Origin: Candidatus Giovannonibacteria bacterium RIFOXYD1_FULL_48_21
Lineage (GTDB): Bacteria; Patescibacteriota; Minisyncoccia; JACPKW01; UBA11713
Assembly: GCA_001778985.1 (NCBI GenBank)
Contig: MFIU01000004.1
Location: 3,067 to 67,066 of the forward strand
DNA length: 64,000 nucleotides
Direction: 5' to 3'
The position numbers and the translations under genes were made by a program. The notes under the pieces were generated by a model. It saw nothing but the letters and a program-made list of their open reading frames with translations, was not told where the DNA came from and made no database searches. Positions 55,668-64,000 of this stretch are shown here, piece by piece (the stretch's first letter is position 1; the number at the start of each line of letters is the position of its first letter).

Positions 55668-55743
55668 AAAATCCCGCATATCACGGGACTTTACATTGGC
55701 GTATATAGTAGCAAATGGTGTAGAATAAGTCAATAACAACAAC

Positions 55744-56964
55744 ATGATGTCAAGTTCAAATGAAAATTCAAGCGCCGGTTTCTATGGCCTGGGCATTGCT
55801 CCGACCCTTTTAGAAATCCTGGCGCGCCATCGTTTTAAAACTCCAACCCCGATTCAGACGCAGGCAATTCCGCTCGCGATTCAAGGCAAAGACCTCGTGG
55901 GCATCGCGCAGACCGGAACCGGAAAAACGCTCGCTTTCGGAATCCCGATAATTCAGCGCCTGGCGCAGATAAAAGGACAGGGACTCGTAATTCTGCCCAC
56001 GCGGGAGTTAGCGCTCCAAGTGGAAGAAGTCTTCCATCGCGTGGGCCGCGGTCTCGGACTGCGGACCGCGGTTCTAATCGGGGGGCTTTCTTTTAAACCG
56101 CAACTGCAGGCCCTCTCTCAAAAACCGCACGTCATCGTCGCGACTCCCGGCAGACTCATCGACCACTTGCGGCAAAAAAATCTCCGCTTGGACGCGGTTC
56201 GGATTGTGGTGCTGGACGAGGCGGACCGCATGCTGGATATGGGATTTATGCCGCAGATTCAAAAAATTCTGCAAGCCCTGCCAAAGGACCGCCAGACCAT
56301 GCTTTTCTCCGCGACCATGCCGCCGGAAATAATGAAACTCGCCTCCTCCCACATGAAACTCCCGATTCGGGTGGAGATTGCTCCCGCGGGAACGACGGTG
56401 GAACAAGTGACCCAGGAGCTTTTCGTGGTCAAAAAAGAGCAGAAATTGGTGCTCCTTGAAAAACTGCTTGAAGCCTATCAGGGCCCGGCGCTGGTTTTCG
56501 CCAGAACAAAATACGGAGCCGAGAAAGTGATGCGCTACATCCGAAATCTTGGAATAAAAGCGGCCGACATCCATTCCAACCGCTCGCTTCCCCAGCGCCG
56601 CGAAGCGCTGGCGGGATTCAAATCGGGAAAATACCGGGTGCTGGTGGCGACCGACATCGCTTCCCGCGGCCTCGATGTCATAGGCATCGAATTGGTTTTG
56701 AATTTTGACCTGCCCTCGACTTCTGAAGATTACGTCCATAGAATCGGACGCACCGCCCGGGCCGGAGCCAAAGGACACGCGATTACTTTCGCGATGCCGG
56801 ACGAGGGCCGAGAAATCCGCGCGATTGAAAACTTAACCAAAAAAGTTCTGCCGATATCAAAACTTCCGGAATCTCTCGCCCGAACCGGTTCCGAATTCAT
56901 AAAACCGGCCGCGCGCCCGTATTATCGGCCTTATCGCCATCCGCGCCGCCGCGGATACAGATAA
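55744..56964 (+). CDS. DEAD-box ATP-dependent RNA helicase
   Basis: Q-motif TPTPIQ, Walker A AQTGTGKT, DEAD (VLDEADRM), SAT, and HRIGRTARAG. Basic C-tail. Confidence 0.9.
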   Translation: MMSSSNENSSAGFYGLGIAPTLLEILARHRFKTPTPIQTQAIPLAIQGKDLVGIAQTGTGKTLAFGIPIIQRLAQIKGQGLVILPTRELALQVEEVFHRVGRGLGLRTAVLIGGLSFKPQLQALSQKPHVIVATPGRLIDHLRQKNLRLDAVRIVVLDEADRMLDMGFMPQIQKILQALPKDRQTMLFSATMPPEIMKLASSHMKLPIRVEIAPAGTTVEQVTQELFVVKKEQKLVLLEKLLEAYQGPALVFARTKYGAEKVMRYIRNLGIKAADIHSNRSLPQRREALAGFKSGKYRVLVATDIASRGLDVIGIELVLNFDLPSTSEDYVHRIGRTARAGAKGHAITFAMPDEGREIRAIENLTKKVLPISKLPESLARTGSEFIKPAARPYYRPYRHPRRRGYR

Positions 56965-56965
56965 T

Positions 56966-57676
56966 ATGCCGAAGTTGATTTTCGATATCGAAACCGTGGG
57001 CGAAGATTTTGATTCGCTGGACAAAATCTCGAAGGAGGCTTTGACGCGCTGGATTAAAAGGGAAGCTGGCTCTGAAGAAAATTACGAAAATATGCTGGAG
57101 GATTTGAAGGCCGGACTCGGCTTCTCGCCCTTGACCGGTGAGATCGTGGCCATCGGCGTCTTGGATTACGAGAAATCAAAAGGGGTAGTTACGTTCCAGG
57201 CTCCTGACGAGAAAATCGAAGAGTTCGAAGAGGACGGCGTTCGCTTCAAACAGCTTAACGAGAAAGAAATGCTCGAGAATTTCTGGCAGGGCGCGAAAAA
57301 TTACAGCGAATTCATAACTTTCAACGGCCGGGGGTTTGACGTTCCATTTCTGATGGTTCGTTCCGCCATTCACGGAATTCGTCCCACCAAAGATTTAATG
57401 TCGAATCGCTATCTCTCGAGCCAGCGCGATTTCGCGAAGCATATTGACCTGCAGGACCAGCTGACTTTCTACGGAGCCATGCGGCGAAAAGGAGGATTGC
57501 ATCTCTGGGCCAGGGCTTTTGGAATAAAAAGTCCCAAAGCCGAAGGGATTAAAGGCGAAGACGTGGGCCGGCTTTTCAAAGAGAAAAAATATCTGGACAT
57601 CGCCCGCTACAACGTCGGCGACCTCTGGGCTACGGCCGAACTTTATACCTATTGGAAGAATTATTTGGCTTTCTAA
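56966..57676 (+). CDS. DnaQ-like 3'-5' exonuclease (RNase H-like fold)
   Basis: Exo I LIFDIETVGE and Exo II-like FNGRGFDVPFL motifs. Confidence 0.6.
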   Translation: MPKLIFDIETVGEDFDSLDKISKEALTRWIKREAGSEENYENMLEDLKAGLGFSPLTGEIVAIGVLDYEKSKGVVTFQAPDEKIEEFEEDGVRFKQLNEKEMLENFWQGAKNYSEFITFNGRGFDVPFLMVRSAIHGIRPTKDLMSNRYLSSQRDFAKHIDLQDQLTFYGAMRRKGGLHLWARAFGIKSPKAEGIKGEDVGRLFKEKKYLDIARYNVGDLWATAELYTYWKNYLAF

Positions 57677-57694
57677 CATGGGGGCCCGGACGCT

Positions 57695-58153
57695 CTATAG
57701 CGCCGGGCCCTTCACCTCGTGCATGCCTTTCCAATCGCAGAAATAGACATGCGTTTCGGCTTCGTAATCGTTTTTCCTCAAAAAGTTTTGGAGTATTTCG
57801 CGAGCCTTAAGCAATTCTCCTTGAAAGAAAAGCGTCTCCTCTTCCTCGGTTTCGAATTTTTTGCCGTACTTGCCGCAGCCCGCGTGAACCCCGAGATTAA
57901 CCCGATGGCAATGGTGAAGTTTCAGAAGGTCTAAAATATCCTCGAGAGTTGACTGGCGCTCGCCCTCGTTCGCCGGCGAGGAGAGTTTTTTTGCTCCGCC
58001 GGCCACGAAGACGCGGTCGGGATTTTGGTAACCCTCGTGTTCAAAAAATAGAGGGTAGAGCTTATTGGCGAAGCGGCAATCGGAACAGAAAACATTGACT
58101 GCCTCCGAGATATAATGCGCCGGAGAAATTTCGAGCGGAACAATAGTTTCCAT
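57695..58153 (-). CDS. hypothetical protein with beta-carbonic-anhydrase-like Cys/His motifs
   Basis: VFCSDCR and LHHCHRVNLGVHAGCG resemble CxDxR / HxxC Zn-site motifs. Weak. Confidence 0.3.
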   Translation of the reverse strand: METIVPLEISPAHYISEAVNVFCSDCRFANKLYPLFFEHEGYQNPDRVFVAGGAKKLSSPANEGERQSTLEDILDLLKLHHCHRVNLGVHAGCGKYGKKFETEEEETLFFQGELLKAREILQNFLRKNDYEAETHVYFCDWKGMHEVKGPAL

Positions 58154-58225
58154 TGTATAATCTTACCTCCTTGGAACAAAATTTTAAAACAATTGTAGCA
58201 GAAAGAAAAAACTTTTCAAGCGAGA

Positions 58226-59353
58226 TTAATACTCTTCAAGTTTCTTGGCTTTCTCGTGGTCGCGGATTTTCATCAGAGCTTTGGCTTCAATCTGGCGGAT
58301 ACGCTCTCGGGTCACCCCAAACTCCCGGCCGACCTCTTCGAGGGTATGAGAAATTCCGTCGTCCAAGCCAAAGCGCAGGCGTAAAATCTTCTGCTCCCGC
58401 GGCGCCAAATCCTGCAAGATTTCCCGGAACTGGTCTTTGAGCAGCTTTCGCGACGCCTCCTGCGCCGGAGATAAAATTTTTTCATCTTCAATAAAATCCC
58501 CCAAAAGCGAATCCTCATCATCCTCGCCCACGGGCTGTTCCAGAGAAACCGTCTCCTGCGAGATTTTCTGAATGTGCCGGATTTTGCCCACCTCCAAATT
58601 CATCTCGGCCGCTATCTCTTCAGCCAAAGGGTCCCGTCCCAAATCCTGCGTCAAACGCCTCACCACCTGCTGGTATTTTGAAATCGTCTCAATCATGTGC
58701 ACCGGAATCCTGATGGTTCGAGCCTGGTCCGCGAGGGCTCTCGTTATGGCCTGGCGAATCCACCAGGTGGCGTAGGTTGAAAACTTAAAGCCCCGGCGCC
58801 AGTCAAATTTCTCGACCGCCCTAAAGAGCCCCAAATTCCCCTCCTGAATCAAATCTAGAAGCGTTAAATTCGGAGAGCGGCCCACGTATTTCTTGGCGAT
58901 GGAGACGACCAGGCGCAGGTTGGCTTTGGCAAGTTTATTCTTGGCCTCGGCGTCCCCTTTCTCGATTCGCTTCGCGAACTCTTTTTCATCGTCAGCGGAA
59001 ATCAGCGGAATCTTGCCAATCTCCCGCAGATACATCTGCACCGAATCCGCACTGAATTCGCCCAAACCCTCCTCCAGTTTCGGCTCCTTGCTCTTCCCTT
59101 TCAAGGTCAGCTTCTCGCCTTCCAGAACATTCACGCCGGTTTCCTCCAGCCGGCGGTACAAATCGTCGAGAAAAATGATATTGTCTTCAATATTTGGAAA
59201 AGAATTCAAAATCTCCGCGTAGGTTATGAACCCGCGGCTTCGACCTTTCTCAATCAAGCCCTCGACCTTAATCTCTGAAAATTCCTTTTCTTTCTTTTTG
59301 GCCGCCTTAGTCCGCCGGCCTGATTTTAATTTTTTGCTCTTAATTCTTGCCAT
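58226..59353 (-). CDS. rpoD: RNA polymerase primary sigma factor (short N-terminus)
   Basis: Region 2 [31 protein letters not shown], region 4 [24 protein letters not shown]. Confidence 0.9.
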   Translation of the reverse strand: MARIKSKKLKSGRRTKAAKKKEKEFSEIKVEGLIEKGRSRGFITYAEILNSFPNIEDNIIFLDDLYRRLEETGVNVLEGEKLTLKGKSKEPKLEEGLGEFSADSVQMYLREIGKIPLISADDEKEFAKRIEKGDAEAKNKLAKANLRLVVSIAKKYVGRSPNLTLLDLIQEGNLGLFRAVEKFDWRRGFKFSTYATWWIRQAITRALADQARTIRIPVHMIETISKYQQVVRRLTQDLGRDPLAEEIAAEMNLEVGKIRHIQKISQETVSLEQPVGEDDEDSLLGDFIEDEKILSPAQEASRKLLKDQFREILQDLAPREQKILRLRFGLDDGISHTLEEVGREFGVTRERIRQIEAKALMKIRDHEKAKKLEEY

Positions 59354-61092
59354 AAATGGTTCAATTTTACAGAGGCGTTTTGAAATTCCTTCAGGCGCTG
59401 GGCCAGAAGACTTTGCTCGCCGGCCAGCTCCAGTTTCCGAATCTCTCCTGATAAAATCTCGAGCTTGGCGCGAACTGCCTCGCGCTCCAGCTCCGACAGA
59501 AGATTTTTGAATTCAGAAGGAATATCCGCCATCTCCCCGTATAACAGCTCCGCCTCCAAAGCCAGTTTCGAAAATCTGGCCTGGTAATCTTTTCCGGCCG
59601 GAGCCGCTTTCCCAAAAAATCCCTCCAGAAACGGCCGGTTCTCGGCCGAGAAAAACTCTTTCGCCTCTTCGTCCAAATTTTCCAAAAATTCATTCGGCTT
59701 CCAAGCCAGCATTCCCAAGACCCGTTCTTCCAATAAATGCCGGCGGGTCTTTTGGCCGAAATCCGCGAGCCCGCCTGCGCGGGCAGGCTTGACCTCGGCC
59801 GTGACCCCGGTTTCTTCTTTTCTGAAACCTCTGGAAATTTTTTTCAATTCCTCCCACAGAGGCTCTTCTTTCAGTTCCAAAATTTTCGAAACCTCCTGAA
59901 CCCAATGGGCCTTCTCAATTTCGTCGTTCAACCGCGCCAAATACGGCAGAATCAAATTTTTAGCCTCGCTCCGAAGCTTTCGCATATCGCCGGAAAACTT
60001 CTTTTGAAGGTTCTCCAGAAAGAAGGCGATGACTGGCTTAGCCCCGGACAAGACCTTTCGCCAAAGTTCAGGATCGCGCCCAATAGTTTCAGCAGGATCT
60101 TTGCCTTCCGGAACTTCAATTATATTGACGTCAAAACCTTCCCCAAGCGCAAATTCCAGGGCGCGCCTGGCCGCGATTTCTCCGGCTGGGTCGGCGTCGA
60201 AAGCCAAAAGCAGTTTCGAGGCCAGCCGTTTTATCAAAGCCAGATGCCCTCTCCCCAAGGCCGTGCCGGAAGTGGCTACCACGTTTGTAATACCGGCTTG
60301 ATGCGACATTATAGCATCCATTTGCCCCTCCACCAGCACGCAAACGTTTTGTTTTCTAACCTCGTCCCGAGCCCTGTCCCAGAGATATAAAATACGGGAT
60401 TTGTCATAAAGAATAGTGTTGGGAGTATTAATGTATTTGCCTTCGTTGGTTTCCTTTTCAAAAATTCTTCCGGAAAAACCAATCACCCGTCCGGAAGGGT
60501 CAAAAATCGGAAACATGATGCGGCTTCGGAAGCGGTCGTAGAAAGAAGCTTTTTCGGAACGGATGGCAAGTCCCGCCCGCTCCGCCTCTTCCCTTTGGAA
60601 GTCTTTGGCCTTCAAATGATTCAAAACATTCTCCCAGCCGTCCGGCGCGAAGCCCAAGCGAAAAGATTGGACCGTGTCTTCGCGAAGGCCGCGATTTTTT
60701 AAATAATCCAGGGCTTCCTTATTTTTTGAAAGTTCTGACTGATAATAGCGGGTTGCTTCTTCCAAAAGAGTCAGACTGCGCTTTCGCTGGGTTAGAAGGC
60801 GCGGGTCTTCCTTCCTCAAGACCACTCCGGCGCGGGAAGCCAGGAGCTCCAGCGCTTCCGGAAACTCCACCCCTTCAATCTGGGAGACGAAACGAAAAAT
60901 ATCTCCGCCGGCGTCACAGCCGAAACAATGCCAGATTTCCCGCGCGGGCGAAACGTAAAAAGAAGGCGTCTTTTCGCTGTGGAAGGGACAAAGCGCCTTG
61001 AAATTGGCTCCGGCCTTGGATAGACGCAGATAGGAACCGACCAAGTCCACAACGTTGACCCGTTTTTTGATTTCTTCGACCGGCGAAGCCAT
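59326..61092 (-). CDS. dnaG: DNA primase
   Basis: Zn-ribbon [11 protein letters not shown]...[26 protein letters not shown]. Classic dnaG-rpoD arrangement with 28-nt overlap. Confidence 0.9.
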   Translation of the reverse strand: MASPVEEIKKRVNVVDLVGSYLRLSKAGANFKALCPFHSEKTPSFYVSPAREIWHCFGCDAGGDIFRFVSQIEGVEFPEALELLASRAGVVLRKEDPRLLTQRKRSLTLLEEATRYYQSELSKNKEALDYLKNRGLREDTVQSFRLGFAPDGWENVLNHLKAKDFQREEAERAGLAIRSEKASFYDRFRSRIMFPIFDPSGRVIGFSGRIFEKETNEGKYINTPNTILYDKSRILYLWDRARDEVRKQNVCVLVEGQMDAIMSHQAGITNVVATSGTALGRGHLALIKRLASKLLLAFDADPAGEIAARRALEFALGEGFDVNIIEVPEGKDPAETIGRDPELWRKVLSGAKPVIAFFLENLQKKFSGDMRKLRSEAKNLILPYLARLNDEIEKAHWVQEVSKILELKEEPLWEELKKISRGFRKEETGVTAEVKPARAGGLADFGQKTRRHLLEERVLGMLAWKPNEFLENLDEEAKEFFSAENRPFLEGFFGKAAPAGKDYQARFSKLALEAELLYGEMADIPSEFKNLLSELEREAVRAKLEILSGEIRKLELAGEQSLLAQRLKEFQNASVKLNHLWQELRAKN

Positions 61093-61154
61093 AATTACAA
61101 TAATATAATGAAACGAATTTTTATCGCAATCAACTTTTCAAATATATCACTATG

Positions 61155-62942
61155 CTACCGGCGCGCCTTCTCGCGTTCGGTTTTACTAAGATGCGACTTG
61201 CGCAGACGCACGTTTTTGGGAGTGATTTCGAGATACTCATCTTCGGCCATCAACTCAAGCCCGCGCTCAACGGTAAGCTCAAACGGCGGCACCAAATCAA
61301 TCGCCTCATCCGACCCCTTGGACCGCATGTTGGTCAACTGCTTGCCTTTGGTGGGGTTCACGGCCATTTCTACGCCTTTGGAAGTGTTGCCGATGACCAT
61401 TCCTTCATATACTTCAACATTGGGACCTATGTACAGCGTGCCGCGCTTCTGCAGCCCCCATAGCGCGTACCCCAGCGCCTTGCCGTTCGCCATAGACACC
61501 ATAGAGCCGACGGCGCGCTTTTGTATTTCTCCGGCGTAGGGTTTGAAACCGATAACGCGCGAAGTAAAAATCCCCTCGCCTTTTGTGTCGATGATAAATT
61601 GGCCGCGGTATCCCAAAATGCCGCGAGTGGGCCCTTCAAAAATCAACCGCATAAGCTCGTCGCGCTGGAATAAATTTTTTAAGACAAAAGCGCGCGAACC
61701 CAGGCGTTCGATAATAACTCCTTGGTATTCCCGCGGTATATCGATAATGACTTCTTCAAACGGCTCGGAGACCTCGCCATCATTTTCCTTACGGAAAATG
61801 ACTTGCGGCTGGGACACTTGGAGTTCGTAGCCCGCGCGTCTCATATTTTCGAGCAAAATCGCGATATGAAGCTCTCCGCGGCCATATACCCGGGAACTGT
61901 CGCTTGAGGAAAAATCAACGCGCAGACCGACGTTTACTTCAAGTTCCCGAGTCAGGTAGTCGCGTAGCTCGCGCGAAGTGACGTGCTTTCCTTCGCGCCC
62001 TCCAAACGGCGAATTATTCACCAAAAACGTAAGGGCGATGGTTGGCTCGTCCACGGCAATCGCGGGAAGCGCCTCGGTCTCGGCATCCGTGGTCACGGTT
62101 TCACCAATATCAATATCGGGAAGCCCGGCCACCAGCACGATATCACCAGCTTCGGCCCGGGCCACTTCTTTCTTCTTCAAACCTTCAAACGCGAAAACTT
62201 TTGTCAGCCTGCCGGAGCGAGTCTCCCCATCCGGCTTTTTCACGAATATGCTTTCTCCCGCGGAAATCACGCCTTCATATATCCGCCCCACGGCCAAACG
62301 TCCTAAGAAATTATCGTACCCAAGGTTAAACGGCTGGAAGCGCAAGGGTTTTCGCGTAAGCTCCGGGGAAGACGCGCACGGCACATACTCGAGAATCGTA
62401 TCCAAAAGGGGTGATAGGTCTCGCGATTCGTCCGCGAGAGCGCGCTTGGCAACGCCGAGGCGGCCGTTCGCGTACACCACCGGAAAATCTATCTGCTCCT
62501 CGCTCGCGCCAAGCTCAAAAAATAGTTCCAGCACCTGCTCCTTGCAGCGCGCGGGGTCCGCCGCGGATTTATCAATCTTATTGATAACCACGATGGGCCG
62601 CAAACCAAGCTCAAGCGATTTTTTGAGGACAAAACGGGTTTGAGGCATGGGGCCTTCCTGCGCGTCCACCACCAAAAGCACCGAATCGATGGAACGCAAC
62701 ACGCGCTCAACTTCGGAACCGAAATCCGCGTGGCCGGGAGTGTCCACCAGGTTTATTTTCGTACCGCGATACGCGATAGCGGCATTTTTTGAGTAAATGG
62801 TAATGCCGCGCTCTTGTTCAAGCGCGTTTGAATCCATGGTCACGCCCTCTTTGAAAACGCCCGCCTGCAGCAAGAGCGCGTCGGTGAGCGTCGTTTTCCC
62901 GTGGTCAACGTGCGCGATAATAGCGATATTTCGTATCTCCAT
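61155..62942 (-). CDS. typA: translational GTPase TypA/BipA
   Basis: [27 protein letters not shown]. About 600 aa with the EF-G-like domain order of BipA. Confidence 0.85.
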   Translation of the reverse strand: MEIRNIAIIAHVDHGKTTLTDALLLQAGVFKEGVTMDSNALEQERGITIYSKNAAIAYRGTKINLVDTPGHADFGSEVERVLRSIDSVLLVVDAQEGPMPQTRFVLKKSLELGLRPIVVINKIDKSAADPARCKEQVLELFFELGASEEQIDFPVVYANGRLGVAKRALADESRDLSPLLDTILEYVPCASSPELTRKPLRFQPFNLGYDNFLGRLAVGRIYEGVISAGESIFVKKPDGETRSGRLTKVFAFEGLKKKEVARAEAGDIVLVAGLPDIDIGETVTTDAETEALPAIAVDEPTIALTFLVNNSPFGGREGKHVTSRELRDYLTRELEVNVGLRVDFSSSDSSRVYGRGELHIAILLENMRRAGYELQVSQPQVIFRKENDGEVSEPFEEVIIDIPREYQGVIIERLGSRAFVLKNLFQRDELMRLIFEGPTRGILGYRGQFIIDTKGEGIFTSRVIGFKPYAGEIQKRAVGSMVSMANGKALGYALWGLQKRGTLYIGPNVEVYEGMVIGNTSKGVEMAVNPTKGKQLTNMRSKGSDEAIDLVPPFELTVERGLELMAEDEYLEITPKNVRLRKSHLSKTEREKARR

Positions 62943-63014
62943 AAAAAAATCCCCGGCGTTGCGAGGCGTTTATTTATAATATAGAAAAAAGGAATCCGCG
63001 TCAATAAAGAAGGT

Positions 63015-63041
63015 CTGCAGCCGCTTGACAACTGCAGACCT
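63015..63041. terminator. hairpin GGTCTGCAG-N9-CTGCAGACC at the 3' end of the nucleotidyltransferase gene
   Basis: Perfect 9-bp stem overlapping the stop codon. No strong T-run. Confidence 0.35.
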
Positions 63042-63867
63042 AGACGAGACGAAGAGCGTTGAGTCTCACGAACTCCAGCGTATCCCACGCCAAGTCCTTT
63101 ATCTCCTCAATGGCTCGGGAGTATCGGCCCTCGTTGGGATGCTGAAGCTGCGCGAGAAGCTCCGTCGTGTACTCACTATCGGCGGCGGTGATTTTTGCGA
63201 ATAGATCGCGCTCTTGCGCGTTAGCGATGTCAGGATAGTGGCGCATCACTGTTCGCTTTGAATCGTCAGCCGTTTCCACCTTTTGCCACCAGAGAATCCT
63301 TCGCGCAACATGCACTGGAGCTTCGAGCACTTTCTGGAGAAATCGGTGGAGTTCGGTGATTTCCATTGTGGGAAGCGCGCTCAATCCTTTCTCCAGTCTC
63401 CGCAACTTGTTGCGAAGATAACCGCGGACATCCTCAATGCCGTTTGCGTCGTCGAAAACTAAAAGCGGCAACGGATTCTCCTTGATTAGACCCCCATTTT
63501 CCGCTGCGTATCGCAAGTGGGCAGCAAATGACAGCCCGATGTGATGAAGCGGGGTTCCCGCGATGTGCAAGTCGAGTGGAATCATTTCGGCAGGCACATG
63601 ACGATCGGCGGCGGCTTGATTGATTCCACGAAGTGCATCAAAGACCTCGCGTCGTTTCGCCGGATCGTACACAACCACGCAGTCGATATCGCTACGCTGG
63701 TTGTAACTGTTCCAGAGAATCGAGCCGCAGAGAATTCCGCCGACAACACCGTCAGCAGCTTCCAAGTCTTGCCTAATCTTGTTGACAATAGTCGTGAAGT
63801 CCAATAGTTGAGGAATTTTTTTCTCTCCGACTTCATTCCAAGAGAACACTTTACCCACGATTATCAC
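63040..63867 (-). CDS. nucleotidyltransferase-fold protein (Pol-beta superfamily, ANT/KNTase-like) with helical C-domain
   Basis: GGILCGSILWNSYNQRSDIDCVVVYD is a G-S-x9-13-D-x-D minimal NTase motif. By eye GC-rich relative to neighbours. Confidence 0.55.
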   Translation of the reverse strand: MIIVGKVFSWNEVGEKKIPQLLDFTTIVNKIRQDLEAADGVVGGILCGSILWNSYNQRSDIDCVVVYDPAKRREVFDALRGINQAAADRHVPAEMIPLDLHIAGTPLHHIGLSFAAHLRYAAENGGLIKENPLPLLVFDDANGIEDVRGYLRNKLRRLEKGLSALPTMEITELHRFLQKVLEAPVHVARRILWWQKVETADDSKRTVMRHYPDIANAQERDLFAKITAADSEYTTELLAQLQHPNEGRYSRAIEEIKDLAWDTLEFVRLNALRLV

Positions 63868-64000
63868 CTCCTTTCAGGTTGTTAGGGTGCAAAAGTTTCT
63901 CCAATGACATTACAAGAAAAATCATTAAACGTCAAACAAAAAATCCTTATGAAAAAATTTCTTTTGCCCCTGCGCTACCGCCTGTGCTTTTTGCCGTGGC

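Noticed and set aside
56074-56778. 234-aa minus-strand ORF
   Set aside because: Antisense to the DEAD-box helicase, whose motifs are unambiguous. No motifs of its own.
59737-62643. Plus-strand ORFs 59737..60390 (217 aa) and 61978..62643 (221 aa)
   Set aside because: Antisense to dnaG and typA respectively. Low-complexity translations.

Overview
The window reads as a compact, gene-dense bacterial segment with the hallmarks of a CPR/Patescibacteria-type genome; this is an inference from content, not a database result. The evidence is short-form Zwf/Gnd, a minimal RpoD, many lineage-specific small secreted or membrane proteins, and rRNA interrupted by a homing-endonuclease intron. Most genes lie on the minus strand through about 35 kb, then mostly on the plus strand.

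Housekeeping content, in order along the window:
- FtsW/RodA and a cell-wall amidase.
- A 23S-5S rRNA pair on the minus strand with no adjacent 16S. The 23S carries a roughly 730-nt group I intron encoding a single-motif LAGLIDADG endonuclease.
- A GH1 / ROK-kinase / GH5-like sugar cluster.
- tRNA-Val; rplJ-rplL; rsmE-rsmI; truB; a UbiB/ABC1 kinase.
- gnd-zwf; a 2-Cys peroxiredoxin; purB; an RRM protein.
- A secreted Kazal-domain protein; a 3-methyladenine glycosylase; a FabZ-like hotdog protein; a PQQ-type sugar dehydrogenase; dinB.
- A P-type ATPase with an MgtE-like membrane protein and a Cys-rich miniprotein.
- An SDR; mscS; a GT4 glycosyltransferase; glgA; cspA; a PEBP protein; an NDH-2-like flavoprotein.
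- A VKOR-Trx / Trx / CcdA disulfide module; a DEAD-box helicase; a DnaQ-like exonuclease.
- dnaG-rpoD; typA; a GC-rich nucleotidyltransferase.

The most unusual content:
1. A tRNA-Asn(GUU) split by a 555-nt group I intron carrying an HNH endonuclease. An apparently AT-rich restriction-modification / defence island follows immediately, with six genes: XRE, RadC-N, an HsdR_N-nuclease+N6-MTase, an embedded coiled-coil membrane protein, HsdS, and a PD-(D/E)xK protein. No HsdR helicase is present.
2. A single 511-aa ORF that fuses a complete LexA repressor to a Dam-class N6-adenine methyltransferase.
3. A recurring intergenic motif, CCCCGTTAGAAAT, usually as inverted pairs. It is fused directly to consensus -35 elements upstream of the rRNA operon and of a sigma-domain gene.
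4. Paralogous unannotated miniproteins: two Zn-ribbon ORFs, one just past each AT-rich island, and two small membrane ORFs bracketing the UbiB kinase.
5. A TrpR/YerC-like regulator bracketed by two copies of a perfect palindrome.
6. A roughly 340-nt GC-enriched, non-coding-looking gap that is probably a structured RNA.

No CRISPR array, integrase or transposase was seen.
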